From an uncultured Bacteroidia bacterium (GTDB lineage: Bacteria; Bacteroidota; Bacteroidia; Bacteroidales; CAJPTX01), in contig CBDEMG010000036.1 in the NCBI GenBank assembly GCA_965240855.1, positions 15,917 to 79,916 on the forward strand: 64,000 bases of DNA. Reading direction: 5' to 3'. Positions 28,166 through 37,062 of the stretch are shown here, one piece after another. The notes under the pieces were generated by a model. It saw nothing but the letters and a program-made list of their open reading frames with translations. It had not been told where the DNA came from and searched no databases. Position 1 is the first letter of the stretch. The number at the start of each line of letters is the position of its first letter. The position numbers and the translations under genes are program-made.

Positions 28166-29527
28166 ATGAGTGAATCAAAATCAACGGATCGTGCAACTTT
28201 CGCTTCCAAGTTAGGTATGATTGCTGCAGCGGCTGGCTCAGCAGTAGGGTTAGGGAATATATGGCGATTTCCAAGTGTTACAGCTAGCGATGGCGGAGCT
28301 ATCTTTTTGCTTGTCTATCTGGCCTGTATTTTTATTTTCGGTATTCCTCTTATGATTGCAGAATTTCTTATAGGACGTGCTGCGGGTGCAAATGCTTCGG
28401 GGGCATTTTCGAAGTTAGTTCCTAAAAAAGAGGGGTGGCAGTTTGTAGGCGGCCTCGGGGTTTTGGCTTCGTTCCTAATTCTGGGTTTTTACTTTGTCGT
28501 AGGAGGTTGGACACTAGAGTATATCATAGATTCAGTCTCTGGGTCTTTAATGAGTGTGCCGCTTAACGACAATACTTATCATGATTATTTTACGAGTTTT
28601 CTGAGTAATCCGCTTCGCCAAGCTTTGATGGCTAGCATATTTATTGTATTGACGGCCTTTTTTGTGATCTCTGGGGTAAAGAAAGGGATCGAGACCTCAG
28701 CAAAGTTTATGATGCCTTTGCTTTTTGTGTTGCTTATAGGTCTGGCTGTTCGTTCTATTACATTGGAAGGTGCAGGAGCTGGTATCGAATTTTTGTTTAA
28801 ACCGGATCTTGAAACACTAAAGCCCACTTTGTTTTTGGATGCAATTGGACAGGCTTTTTTCTCCTTATCGCTAGGGATGGGGATTATGATTACCTATGGT
28901 TCGTATTTCAAGAAGAAGTCCAACCTTACATTAACAGCAACGAAAGTAGCATTCTTGGATACATTGGTTGCAATCCTAGCGGGGATCACTATTTTCCCTT
29001 CGGCATTTGCACTGACTTCGCTCCCTGCAAATGAAATTAAAGAGGTGCTTGAGAAGGGTGGGGCAGGTCTTGTGTTTATGACCATTCCTGAGCTGTTTCG
29101 AGCTCTTCCACTCTCAACACTCTGGTCGACGTGCTTTTTTGTATTCTTGGGGATTGCTGCACTAACGTCAATGATAAGCCTAATGGAGGTTGTTACGGTC
29201 TTTGTACACGAGGAATTTAAACTCTCGCGTACTACAGCAACCATATTGCTCACAATAATACTAATCGGTCTCTCTTTTGGCTGTTCGTACTCCTCTGTTT
29301 TTTTCGATCGACTCGATTTCATTACGGCAAAAATATTCCTACCGCTCGGAGGGTTGTTTGTCTCTATTTTCGTGGGGTGGCGCTTGAAGAAAGCGATCGT
29401 TTACGATCAGCTAACTAATGGAGGCACAATAAAGCTTAGTCATACGTTCCTTAATGTATATCGCTTTATCCTTCAATACATCGCCCCCATTGTGATAACG
29501 ATAATTTTTATCTATGGTTTGCTATAG
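28166..29527 (+). CDS. sodium-dependent transporter, SNF/NSS family (copy 2, tandem paralog)
   Basis: GLGNIWRFPSVTASDGGAIFLLVY...IAEFLIGR. 453 aa, collinear with copy 1 along its whole length. Confidence 0.88.
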   Translation: MSESKSTDRATFASKLGMIAAAAGSAVGLGNIWRFPSVTASDGGAIFLLVYLACIFIFGIPLMIAEFLIGRAAGANASGAFSKLVPKKEGWQFVGGLGVLASFLILGFYFVVGGWTLEYIIDSVSGSLMSVPLNDNTYHDYFTSFLSNPLRQALMASIFIVLTAFFVISGVKKGIETSAKFMMPLLFVLLIGLAVRSITLEGAGAGIEFLFKPDLETLKPTLFLDAIGQAFFSLSLGMGIMITYGSYFKKKSNLTLTATKVAFLDTLVAILAGITIFPSAFALTSLPANEIKEVLEKGGAGLVFMTIPELFRALPLSTLWSTCFFVFLGIAALTSMISLMEVVTVFVHEEFKLSRTTATILLTIILIGLSFGCSYSSVFFDRLDFITAKIFLPLGGLFVSIFVGWRLKKAIVYDQLTNGGTIKLSHTFLNVYRFILQYIAPIVITIIFIYGLL

Positions 29528-29560
29528 ATTCTTGAGAGTAATTCTATGATTGAATCTTTT

Positions 29561-29600
29561 CTATTCCACTGCAAATTTCTTTGTAGTGGAATAGTTTTTT
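29561..29600 (+). terminator. Rho-independent terminator after the SNF pair
   Basis: A 15-bp stem: CTATTCCACTGCAAA (29561-29575) pairs with TTTGTAGTGGAATAG (29580-29594) with one G-U pair. The loop is 4 nt, followed by TTTTTT. Confidence 0.85.
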
Positions 29601-29722
29601 ATTTCTTAACGATTTACAAAGCTATTTCTTGATAAGGGAATTTAACAAATTCTCGTTGTCTAATAATGACCTTCTCTAGGGCATAAAAGTTAGGCTAACA
29701 AGCTGTTTATAAAAACATTTAC

Positions 29723-29730
29723 TACTTTTG
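29723..29730 (+). promoter_or_regulatory. candidate -7 promoter element TACTTTTG for the HU gene
   Basis: Matches TAnnTTTG. It lies 57 nt upstream of ATG 29787. Confidence 0.4.
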
Positions 29731-29786
29731 TATTGAGGAGTTTTTCCTTTTGATTAGGACTTATACTTAGAGAGGTTGAATTTGCC

Positions 29787-30098
29787 ATGACGAAAGCAGA
29801 TGTAGTAAATGAGATTGCTCGTAAGACAGGGATAGAACGTGCAGTTGTTCTGAGCTGTATAGAGTGCTTTATGGAATCCGTTTCCACGTCGCTTGAACAG
29901 GGCGAGAGTGTTTTCTTGCGTGGGTTCGGATCTTTTATTATCAAAGAACGAGCCGAGAAATTAGCTCGCAATATTTCGCGCGATTGTGCTATAATAGTGC
30001 CCGCCCACAAGATTCCAGCATTTAAACCCTCGAAGCATTTGATGAATCGGATTGCAGAGAGTCCGCTCAATAGTAATACGACAACAGAGAAGAAGTAA
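29787..30098 (+). CDS. hup: HU/IHF-family DNA-binding protein
   Basis: MTKADVVNEIARKTGIERAVVLSCIECFMESV...VFLRGFGSFIIKERAEKLARNISRDCAIIVPAHKIPAFKPSK. Confidence 0.88.
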   Translation: MTKADVVNEIARKTGIERAVVLSCIECFMESVSTSLEQGESVFLRGFGSFIIKERAEKLARNISRDCAIIVPAHKIPAFKPSKHLMNRIAESPLNSNTTTEKK

Positions 30099-30175
30099 AC
30101 CGCTTTTTGTCATTGTAGGCAAGGAGAGGAGGTTAAGTATAATTAGTGAACTAAAAAATACGGAGGAACGACGAA

Positions 30176-30268
30176 ATGCCAAGTGGTAAGAAGCGTAAGC
30201 GTCATAAGATGTCGACTCATAAACGCAAGAAAAGATTGCGGAAGAATCGTCATAAAAAGAACAAGTAG
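30176..30268 (+). CDS. small basic ribosomal protein bS22 (AURKAIP1/COX24/mS38-like), 30 aa
   Basis: Too short for the ORF track. Hand translation gives MPSGKKRKRHKMSTHKRKKRLRKNRHKKNK followed by a stop. It is followed 24 nt downstream by a clean terminator. The sequence matches the KKRKRHKM-x2-HKRKKR-x-RKNRHKK pattern of Bacteroidota and actinobacterial bS22. Confidence 0.7.
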   Translation: MPSGKKRKRHKMSTHKRKKRLRKNRHKKNK

Positions 30269-30291
30269 GTATTTCTAATACCAGAGTTAGT

Positions 30292-30323
30292 GCGGGAGTG
30301 ATTTTTATTTGCTCCCGCTTTTT
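30292..30323 (+). terminator. Rho-independent terminator after the bS22 gene
   Basis: GCGGGAG (30292-30298) pairs with CTCCCGC (30312-30318), followed by TTTTT. Confidence 0.75.
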
Positions 30324-30360
30324 GTATTGTGAGACTTTTTTTTGACTGGGTGGGATTTAG

Positions 30361-30368
30361 TACATTTG
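30361..30368 (+). promoter_or_regulatory. candidate -7 promoter element TACATTTG for elbB
   Basis: Matches TAnnTTTG. It lies 20 nt upstream of ATG 30388. Confidence 0.35.
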
Positions 30369-30387
30369 TATAGAAAATAGAATACAA

Positions 30388-31035
30388 ATGAAAAAATTTG
30401 CAGTAATCTTGGCTGGTTCTGGTAGGTTAGATGGCAATAATATTCACGAGGTCGTATTGTTGTTGTCTGAGTTGGCAAAGCATGGGGCATCCTATCAATG
30501 TTTTGCCCCTGATATGCTTCAGCATGAGGTTGTAAATCATTATACAGGTAAAGTACAACCAGAGCAGCGCAATGTGTTGTATGAGGCGAGTAGAATAAAT
30601 GTTGATCCTGCTTTACCTCTTACGCAATTGAAAGAAGAGGATTTTGATGGATTGTGTTTCCCAGGTGGTTACGGTGTAGCGAAAAACCTTTGCACTTTTG
30701 CCTTCTCTGGTGAGGAGTATGTGGTCAATATGGAGATCGAGAATTTGATAAAATCCTTCCATGCGCATAAAAAGCCTATTGTAGCGCTTTGTATAGCTCC
30801 GATGCTACTTGCTAAAGTACTCCCACAGGTAAAGTTAACGCTTGGGGCAGCATGCGAGGCTGGGGAAGTTGCTAAGAAATTAGGCGCGGTGGTGGAGGAG
30901 ACGAGAGCTGGAGAGGTTTATATTGATCGGGAAAATAATATATACACTACACCATGCTATATGTTGAATTCTAGTATAGCAGAGGTTGCATTAGGTATAG
31001 AGAATTTAGTAAAGAAGTTGCTCGCTGCATTTTGA
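30388..31035 (+). CDS. elbB: isoprenoid biosynthesis glyoxalase ElbB (DJ-1/PfpI superfamily)
   Basis: MKKFAVILAGSGRLDGNNIHEVVLLLSELAKHGASYQCFAPD...ALCIAP. Confidence 0.8.
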   Translation: MKKFAVILAGSGRLDGNNIHEVVLLLSELAKHGASYQCFAPDMLQHEVVNHYTGKVQPEQRNVLYEASRINVDPALPLTQLKEEDFDGLCFPGGYGVAKNLCTFAFSGEEYVVNMEIENLIKSFHAHKKPIVALCIAPMLLAKVLPQVKLTLGAACEAGEVAKKLGAVVEETRAGEVYIDRENNIYTTPCYMLNSSIAEVALGIENLVKKLLAAF

Positions 31036-31060
31036 GAGATATAAATAGTGCTGAGGAGTG

Positions 31061-31807
31061 ATGCGCTACAAGCTTCTTCGCGTACTTTTCAATCTTCTTT
31101 TTTGGTCGTATACGCTTGTATTGTTTACTTTCTGGCTTTCAGTGGCTTCCTTTGCTTGGTTGCTAGCATTGCCTTTTGATCCGAAACGGAGTGTATTTCG
31201 CCTTATACTTTTTCTCTGGTGTAAGAGTTATATGACGCTTTGTCCTTTTTGGCGTTTTCGTATAGAAGGACGGGAGAATTTACCCAAAGGGACGTGTATC
31301 TTCGTGGTCAATCACCAAAGTTTGATGGATATAGTGGTTTTGCTCTCTCTGGGGCGTCATTTTAAGTGGGTAGCTAAAAAGGAGTTATTTTCGCGTCCCT
31401 TTGTGGGTTGGTTGCTCTTTTTTGGGCGGGATATAAGTCTTGATCGTTCGAGTTTACGAGATGCGTCACGTATGATTACAGCATGTTTGTCGTGGCTTAA
31501 TCGGGGTGTGGATATATTGATATTTCCAGAAGGTCACCGTAATGTACAAGTTGGGAAGTTTAAGCTTGGTGCGTTCCTAGTAGCGCGCGAGGCGCGCGTT
31601 CCACTAGTCCCTATAGTCGTGACAGGACCAGCGCAAATAGTGAGGGGATATTTTATAGAACCCTACAGACAAACTGTACGTATACAGATATTGAAACCCG
31701 TTGAAGCGTTACAACAGGAGGAGGTCGAATTAGAGAGTATAGCGCAGGAGGTAGAGACAAGCGTACGTATGGTGCACAGAGCTAATGTGCCCGAGGTATA
31801 CAGATGA
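31061..31807 (+). CDS. plsC: 1-acyl-sn-glycerol-3-phosphate acyltransferase
   Basis: N-terminal TM helix. HX4D motif NHQSLMDI, plus FPEGHR and the VPLVPIV block. The track start is GTG 31058, and ATG follows at 31061. Confidence 0.82.
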   Translation: MRYKLLRVLFNLLFWSYTLVLFTFWLSVASFAWLLALPFDPKRSVFRLILFLWCKSYMTLCPFWRFRIEGRENLPKGTCIFVVNHQSLMDIVVLLSLGRHFKWVAKKELFSRPFVGWLLFFGRDISLDRSSLRDASRMITACLSWLNRGVDILIFPEGHRNVQVGKFKLGAFLVAREARVPLVPIVVTGPAQIVRGYFIEPYRQTVRIQILKPVEALQQEEVELESIAQEVETSVRMVHRANVPEVYR

Positions 31808-31829
31808 GGACGAGGTAAATATTCAGGAG

Positions 31830-32759
31830 ATGATTTCGGTTTGTATCCCCATCCACAATAATAATGTCGTAACCTTAGTTGATGGCTTATTACAACAAGC
31901 AGCAGCAGAGAATATAGAAATCGAAATTATAGTTTTTGACGATCTATCGCAGGCATCTTACCGAGCATTTAACGAACAACTACGAGAACTTCCCCATGTT
32001 TTTTATTTACCATTGATCGAGAATTTGGGTCGTAGTCGTATCCGAAATCGTATGGCCGATATGGCACAAGGAGAGTGGTTGCTTTTTTTGGATGGTGATA
32101 TGAGTCTGCTTAATGACAATTTTCTTCGGGCATACAATGATGTCTCACAAGGAGAGGATGATGTAGTTTGTGGAGGCGTTTTTTATGGGAGTAAGCCCGC
32201 GGATATATTGTATCAATTGCAGTGGCGTATGTGTCAACAGATGCTCCGTCATCGTTCGCGTATTAGTCGTCGTGGGATTTACGAACATGTCTCGACAGGG
32301 AATTTTATGATCCGTAAGCGCGTTTTTTCGCTTATAAAGTTTGATGAGAGTATTACGACCTATGGACAGGAGGATCAACTTTTCTCTCTTCAGCTCCACA
32401 ACAAGCAACACACAGTGCGTTGGATTAATAATCCACTAAAGCATGATGGACAGGAGCAGAACTCGATATATATACAGAAAATAGAAACATCGCTTCAGAA
32501 TTTGGTGCGTAGTTGGAATGCCCTTCCTTTATATCACGATCTACTGCAACGTTCTAGCAAGCGTATACGTGTTGCATTGTTTTTGCGACGGATGAGTATA
32601 GATCGTCTTTTCCGTTTCTTTTTTCGGGTATTTGGAAAGCGAATCCGCAGGGCTTGCGAGCGAGGTAAGGTCGCTATGTGGTTGTTTTCTTTTTATCAGA
32701 TGGGATATTTACTGGAGCTATTTCGTGTCCCGAATTTAAAGAACTACCGTCCGAGGTAG
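31830..32759 (+). CDS. glycosyltransferase family 2 protein
   Basis: MISVCIPIHNNNV...VFDDLS...LLFLDGDM (the DxD region). Start set at ATG 31830, just after the plsC stop. The track start at 31785 overlaps plsC. Confidence 0.7.
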   Translation: MISVCIPIHNNNVVTLVDGLLQQAAAENIEIEIIVFDDLSQASYRAFNEQLRELPHVFYLPLIENLGRSRIRNRMADMAQGEWLLFLDGDMSLLNDNFLRAYNDVSQGEDDVVCGGVFYGSKPADILYQLQWRMCQQMLRHRSRISRRGIYEHVSTGNFMIRKRVFSLIKFDESITTYGQEDQLFSLQLHNKQHTVRWINNPLKHDGQEQNSIYIQKIETSLQNLVRSWNALPLYHDLLQRSSKRIRVALFLRRMSIDRLFRFFFRVFGKRIRRACERGKVAMWLFSFYQMGYLLELFRVPNLKNYRPR

Positions 32760-32809
32760 TTTGTCTATACCAAAAAAAGTTATTACACAGCATAAATAGG
32801 CAAAAGATT

Positions 32810-33748
32810 ATGAAACGAATTACGGTGATAGGCGCAGGTAACGTAGGAGCCACATTGGTTTACGAATTGGTGCGCCGCAGTTTGGCAGAGGAAGTCTTTA
32901 TTGTAGATATAAACGAACCCGTAACGCACGGTAAAGCTTTAGATATGTGGCAAACATCTCCTTTGCATAGCTTTTCGACGCGTGTATATGGGGTGGGAAA
33001 CGATTATTCGGCTACAGCACATTCGGAGATTGTGGTGATGACAGCAGGGATGGCTCGTAAACCTGGAATGAGTCGTGATGATCTGGTAGAGATCAATGCC
33101 AAGATAATGCGTGATGTTGCTGTGAATATCAAGAAATATTCGCCCGAGGCCATAGTGCTGGTTGTGACAAACCCCTTGGATGTAATGACCTATGCTGCAT
33201 TTATAGGGACTGGGTTTCCACGCGAGCGAGTCTTTGGAATGGCAGGGGTGCTTGATACAGCACGTTATCGTGCATTCATAGCAGAGGCTTTGGATGTAGC
33301 GCCTCGCGATATTCAAGCAATGTTAATGGGAGGACATGGCGATACAATGGTTCCCCTTCCGCGGTATACCACAGTGGGCGGGATTCCGATTGCAGAATTA
33401 ATGCCAAAAGAGAAGCTAGAATCTATCGTGGAGAGAACGAAACAGGGAGGTAAAGAATTGGTGGATTTATTGGGTATTTCAGCTTGGTATGCTCCAGGAG
33501 CTTCTGCAGCAGAGATGGTAGAGGCAATCGTGAAGAATGAGAAGCGGGTATTGCCCGTTTGTGCTGGTTTGGCTGGTGAGTATGGGTTGTCAGGTTTGCA
33601 TCTCGGAGTTCCTGTGATTTTAGGTGCGAAAGGAGTAGAGAAGGTAATAGAATTGCAATTGAATGCTGCAGAAATGGAGCTTGTTCGGAAGTCTGCAGAG
33701 GCTGTAAAGAAAGTGATGAAGCAACTGGATGATATGAAGATCTTCTAG
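32810..33748 (+). CDS. mdh: malate dehydrogenase (LDH-like MDH)
   Basis: MKRITVIGAGNVGATL...GMARKPGMSRDDL...VTNPLDVMT...GGHGDTMVPL. The track ORF start at 32678 is an upstream extension. Confidence 0.92.
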   Translation: MKRITVIGAGNVGATLVYELVRRSLAEEVFIVDINEPVTHGKALDMWQTSPLHSFSTRVYGVGNDYSATAHSEIVVMTAGMARKPGMSRDDLVEINAKIMRDVAVNIKKYSPEAIVLVVTNPLDVMTYAAFIGTGFPRERVFGMAGVLDTARYRAFIAEALDVAPRDIQAMLMGGHGDTMVPLPRYTTVGGIPIAELMPKEKLESIVERTKQGGKELVDLLGISAWYAPGASAAEMVEAIVKNEKRVLPVCAGLAGEYGLSGLHLGVPVILGAKGVEKVIELQLNAAEMELVRKSAEAVKKVMKQLDDMKIF

Positions 33749-33776
33749 CTTTTACTATAATATTGTAATATAAATT

Positions 33777-33822
33777 CTCAGACTTTCTTAGAAATAAGGA
33801 GGTCTGAGGTTCAGTTTTTTTT
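33777..33822 (+). terminator. terminator after mdh
   Basis: CTCAGAC (33777-33783) pairs with GTCTGAG (33802-33808). A nested CTGA/TCAG hairpin and a T8 run (33815-33822) follow. Confidence 0.6.
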
Positions 33823-33840
33823 AGAGAGAAACGGAGGAAT

Positions 33841-35862
33841 ATGAGAAGCTATCGAGCTAAATTTACCCTTAGGGTGAGTTTGTTTTTACTAATCTATCTT
33901 ATAGTACTAGAGTCAGTAGCTCAGGATATTGTGGCTATAGGAGCACGTAGGTATATAAAAGTAATACAACCATTGGAACTCTCGGGGTTAGAATTGAATA
34001 ATAGTAGACTCTATTCGATGCCCGATGCTGTTCGCTATTATTCTGGCGTACAATTGAAGGATTATGCGGGTTTAGGAGGTTTTAAGACTATCAATCTCCG
34101 GAGCTTAGGATCGGAGCGTATGCGAGTATTTTACAATGGTATAGAGATATCGAATGCGCTGAATGCTCAGGTAGATATTGCACGTTTCTCGATGGATAAT
34201 GTGGGGAGTTTAGCACTTTATAGCGGTCAGAAAGGGGATATTTTTCAGTCTGCCTCCGATGTTGCTAGTGCGGGGAGTTTGTATATAACAACGCGGCGTC
34301 CGAAGTTCGCAGATAGTTCGCGCACCAATTTTAAGGTTACGCTTCGTGGCGGTTCTTTCTATGACATCAATTCGGGAGTATTATACGAACACGATCTTGG
34401 GAATTATATGACAACCTCGCTAAGTTTGGCCATAGGTCGAAGTGCGGGGAATTACGAATTCCGATATCGAAGAAAGAACTCGAGTGGTAAGATTGTGTAC
34501 GATTCGGTTTCTAAACGCAATAATAATCATATCAATTATGCACGAGCTGAGGGAGCACTTAATGGTATTTTGGAGAATGGCTTGTGGAGTGTTTATTTTT
34601 ACCACTATACATCGGATAGGGGGATTCCTGGGTCTATCGTCAACAATATATGGTATCGCGGCGAGGAGTTGACGGAACGTAATAGCTTTGTGCAAGGGAA
34701 TATGAAACTGGACATCACGGAGGCTTACCGTACACAGCTGAACTTCAAGTTTGGTTACGATTACTTGCATTATGAGAATAAGGATACGCATTTGGCGACC
34801 GTCGACGAGTCGTTTCGACAGTACGAAGGCTATCTTTCAAGTTCACATTTGTACAAAGTGTACGAAGATTGGGTAGCGAGTGGTGCGTATGATATCCATT
34901 TTAACAAGATAAACAAACGTGATGAGGTAACATTCCAAGAGCCACAGACTTTTACACGTCCTTGGCGTCTAAAGCATTTAGCATCGCTTGCGACCCAGGG
35001 GTCTTTTTTTCATGTACAGGGGCAAGCGAGTGTATTGGCTACGTATGTGTCGAATTTTGAGCGCAGCCGTGAGAAACAATATGAGAGTGAGTATGCTATA
35101 ACACCGACAGTACTATTTTCTTACACACCGTTCCGTTTGATAGACTTCTCGTTACAAGCCTATGCAAAGCGTTCGTACCGAGTACCTAGTTATAGTGATC
35201 GGTATATTTCGTTGTTAGAAGGTACAGCTTTAAAACCCGAGACGATGTGGCAATATAGCCTTGGAATGAATTATAGCAAACGTACTGATGCGGCATTGCG
35301 GCGCTATGGCGCAAGTCTTGAAGGATATTATCATGATGTCACGAATAAGATAATTGCATATCCCAATGGCTCGTTATATCGGTGGACGATGGCAAACTTG
35401 GGGCATGTAGAGAGTTTTGGTGGTGATTTGAACCTATTTGCAACCTTACGTCTTTTTGAGCTTTACGACGAGCAGTTGGATATAACGGGAAAGTTGCAGT
35501 ATAGCTATCAGCAAGCACGCGATATTACTAATAAATATGATACCTACTTTGGGGATCAGATCCCGAATATTCCTTGGCACAGTGGTTCGGCTATTTTGAA
35601 TGTTACTTGGCAAGGTTGGGCACTCAATTATAGTTTTTTGTATGTAGGGGAACGGTATAGTAGGCAAGAAAATATTGCTTATTATAAGATGCAACCGTGG
35701 TATACGCATGATATGGCATTGACGAAGCAGTTCTCGATAGCGACGTGGAAGATGCGCGCTATGATTGAGTTGAACAACGTCCTTGGACAGGATTATGAGA
35801 TAGTCCCCAACTATCCTATGCCTTCGCAAGTGTTTCGTCTCACCCTATCAGCAGAGATATAG
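33841..35862 (+). CDS. TonB-dependent outer-membrane receptor (no SusD partner)
   Basis: 673 aa. Signal peptide, then a plug domain (DAVRYYSGVQLKDYAGLGGFKTINLRSLGSERMRVFYNGIEI) and a long beta-barrel with Y/G-rich strands. Confidence 0.85.
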   Translation: MRSYRAKFTLRVSLFLLIYLIVLESVAQDIVAIGARRYIKVIQPLELSGLELNNSRLYSMPDAVRYYSGVQLKDYAGLGGFKTINLRSLGSERMRVFYNGIEISNALNAQVDIARFSMDNVGSLALYSGQKGDIFQSASDVASAGSLYITTRRPKFADSSRTNFKVTLRGGSFYDINSGVLYEHDLGNYMTTSLSLAIGRSAGNYEFRYRRKNSSGKIVYDSVSKRNNNHINYARAEGALNGILENGLWSVYFYHYTSDRGIPGSIVNNIWYRGEELTERNSFVQGNMKLDITEAYRTQLNFKFGYDYLHYENKDTHLATVDESFRQYEGYLSSSHLYKVYEDWVASGAYDIHFNKINKRDEVTFQEPQTFTRPWRLKHLASLATQGSFFHVQGQASVLATYVSNFERSREKQYESEYAITPTVLFSYTPFRLIDFSLQAYAKRSYRVPSYSDRYISLLEGTALKPETMWQYSLGMNYSKRTDAALRRYGASLEGYYHDVTNKIIAYPNGSLYRWTMANLGHVESFGGDLNLFATLRLFELYDEQLDITGKLQYSYQQARDITNKYDTYFGDQIPNIPWHSGSAILNVTWQGWALNYSFLYVGERYSRQENIAYYKMQPWYTHDMALTKQFSIATWKMRAMIELNNVLGQDYEIVPNYPMPSQVFRLTLSAEI

Positions 35863-35864
35863 TC

Positions 35865-37049
35865 ATGCATAGCAAGCTTTTATTTGCTTCGGGATTGTTA
35901 CTTGTGTGTGTGTTGTTCTCGTGTCGTCGCGAGGAGATAATACCTTATTCACAGCAGGAGAGTATTGCAACACCGCCTCTTGTAGATCCAGAGGTTGTTG
36001 GGTTCTATGTACTTAATAGCGGCGTGCGTGGTAATAACGAGGCGACGCTCGATTATTTTGATTATACGACGAGCATTTATCATCGAAATATTTATGCTGA
36101 GCGCAATACCGAGGCATTACCCAATCTCGGCGATTTTGGGCAAGATATTGTTGTAGCAGATGGAAAGCTCTATGTAACCTTGAGTGGTTCGCACCAATTA
36201 GAGATTTTCGATGCAGCAACAACCCAACGTATAGGCACAGTGTCGATAAATAATCCGCGTCGAATACTAGTGCGCGACAATTATGTTTATGTAACCTCCT
36301 ACCTAAAACAAAAGGATCAGATATATGGTGAGCTCCCCTTGGGAGAGTTGGTGCGAATCAACGTGAACGATTTGAATGATGTAAAGCACATAACGCTTGG
36401 GTGTCAACCCGAGGAGATGGTTGCTTTTACAACGAGCAATGAGTCTTCGGGCGTGGAAAAGGAGAATATGCTTTTTGTAGCGAATACAGGGGTATATAAC
36501 TCTCCGAAGTTTGACAATAGGATTTCGATAGTAAACCTTGACAATTATGTACAGACGGGATATATCCATACTGCGACCTCGCCACGTTCGCTAGCTATAC
36601 TCGGTCGTTATTTATATGTGAGTACGATGGGGAATCGGACAAACGAGCCTCAGCGTTTGTGTATACTACGGGATAAGACGAAGCTTAACTTTTTTGTACA
36701 GGATACGGCGTGCGATTTGCCGATCCTCTCTTTTGTACAATTGCACGATACATTGTACATGTTGCAGGGTAGACGGAATCTGTATGGAGATATACGTGAG
36801 ATCGATTTTGTGAAGTATAGTACGAAATCGGACAATATAGTAGAGCGTTTTATAACAGATGGGACAGAGGTGCAAATAGAGAATCCGACGAGTGTGACAG
36901 TACATCCTGTAACGTACGATTTGTATATCACTGATGCTCGACGAGGCACTTCGAGTGGATTGTTGTACTGCTATTCACCCTCGGGAGTACAGAAATGGAA
37001 GGTAAAAACGGGGATAGCACCTTGCAGAGTAGCATTTGTAAAAAAGTAA
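35865..37049 (+). CDS. cell-surface lipoprotein with YncE/BtuG-like beta-propeller repeats
   Basis: Lipobox LLVCVLFSC. It has repeated blade-like motifs (GQDIVVADGKLYVTLSGSHQLEIFD, ILVRDNYVYVTSY, LAILGRYLYVSTMG, VTVHPVTYDLYITD). It starts 2 nt after the receptor stop. Confidence 0.6.
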   Translation: MHSKLLFASGLLLVCVLFSCRREEIIPYSQQESIATPPLVDPEVVGFYVLNSGVRGNNEATLDYFDYTTSIYHRNIYAERNTEALPNLGDFGQDIVVADGKLYVTLSGSHQLEIFDAATTQRIGTVSINNPRRILVRDNYVYVTSYLKQKDQIYGELPLGELVRINVNDLNDVKHITLGCQPEEMVAFTTSNESSGVEKENMLFVANTGVYNSPKFDNRISIVNLDNYVQTGYIHTATSPRSLAILGRYLYVSTMGNRTNEPQRLCILRDKTKLNFFVQDTACDLPILSFVQLHDTLYMLQGRRNLYGDIREIDFVKYSTKSDNIVERFITDGTEVQIENPTSVTVHPVTYDLYITDARRGTSSGLLYCYSPSGVQKWKVKTGIAPCRVAFVKK

Positions 37050-37062
37050 GTATGCGGTTGTT

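Noticed and set aside
33749-33840. A cobalamin riboswitch upstream of the TonB receptor locus, and also upstream of nrdD (45958-46698).
   Set aside because: The 92-nt gap before the receptor is mostly occupied by the mdh terminator. In neither region could I find the B12-box-like GCCACTG / AGYCMGG..GACC core. An Infernal scan would settle this.
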